NCBI GenBank assembly: GCA_024683775.1
Contig: GCA_024683775.1_4106.1
Length of the DNA stretch: 64,000 nt
Direction: 5' to 3' (one strand)
From: a phage
The position numbers were made by a program, and so were the translations under genes. Below, piece after piece: positions 63,876 through 64,000 of this stretch (the first letter of the stretch is position 1; every line of letters starts with the position of its first letter). The notes below the pieces were generated by a model. It worked only from the letters and a program-made list of their open reading frames with translations, searched no databases and was not told where the DNA came from.

Positions 63876-64000
63876 CCCTTTTACAAATATATGAAGATTT
63901 AATGCACTTATGTAATACTCGTGAGGCTTTCTTTTATGTGGATCATAAAAGTCCTGCTGGTGGAACATATCGTGTATTCAGTTATCGTCTAGCATCATAT
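63872..64000 (+). CDS. rnlA: RNA ligase 1, T4 RnlA-like, N-terminal fragment (continues past window end)
   Basis: Translation MTLLQIYEDLMHLCNTREAFFYVDHKSPAGGTYRVFSYRLASY matches the T4 RnlA N-terminus as recalled (..NLMELC...FFYSDD...GRTYRIFSYNYASY); ATGA overlap. Confidence 0.8.
   Translation, partial: MTLLQIYEDLMHLCNTREAFFYVDHKSPAGGTYRVFSYRLASY
63956..63963 (+). other. Chi octamer GCTGGTGG
   Basis: Exact match inside the RNA ligase gene. Confidence 0.8.

Noticed and set aside
1-64000. Prophage or mobile-element features (integrase, transposase, att sites, IS inverted repeats)
   Set aside because: No ORF shows recombinase or transposase motifs; the repeats present are promoter/terminator cassettes of a lytic-phage type.

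Overview
64-kb, entirely rightward-transcribed, AT-rich segment that reads like the hyperplastic accessory region of a large virulent T4-like phage of an enteric host. Support: the window ends with the start of an RNA ligase 1 gene whose N-terminus matches T4 RnlA as I recall it, promoters are sigma70-type, and the E. coli Chi octamer occurs 9 times on the + strand. Zone 1 (1-17.4 kb): about 48 small, mostly monocistronic genes, each behind a promoter / GGGGAG-type leader hairpin / RBS cassette, with repeated intergenic modules; recognisable products are a TraR/DksA-like zinc finger, a GNAT acetyltransferase and a protein-kinase-like protein. Zone 2 (17.65-23.6 kb): an operon of 27 translationally coupled ~70-aa paralogs (family A, C-terminal GTNYQ-type motif), with 5 more copies further right. 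Zone 3 (23.6-52 kb): 46 clear and about 6 divergent paralogs of 100-200 aa sharing an acidic-FQ-x-S motif (family B). Zone 4 (52-64 kb): ORFans, a Dam-family N6-adenine methyltransferase, an HxGH nucleotidyltransferase (NMNAT-like), and a 5-member family C. No rRNA, tRNA, CRISPR, integrase or transposase was recognised. Main unexplained signals: the two giant paralog arrays, a strongly over-represented AGTACT hexamer that is missing from array A, and conserved intergenic repeats. All counts are by eye; no searches were run. Start codons marked trimmed were moved from the ORF-track start to the first ATG with a plausible RBS.
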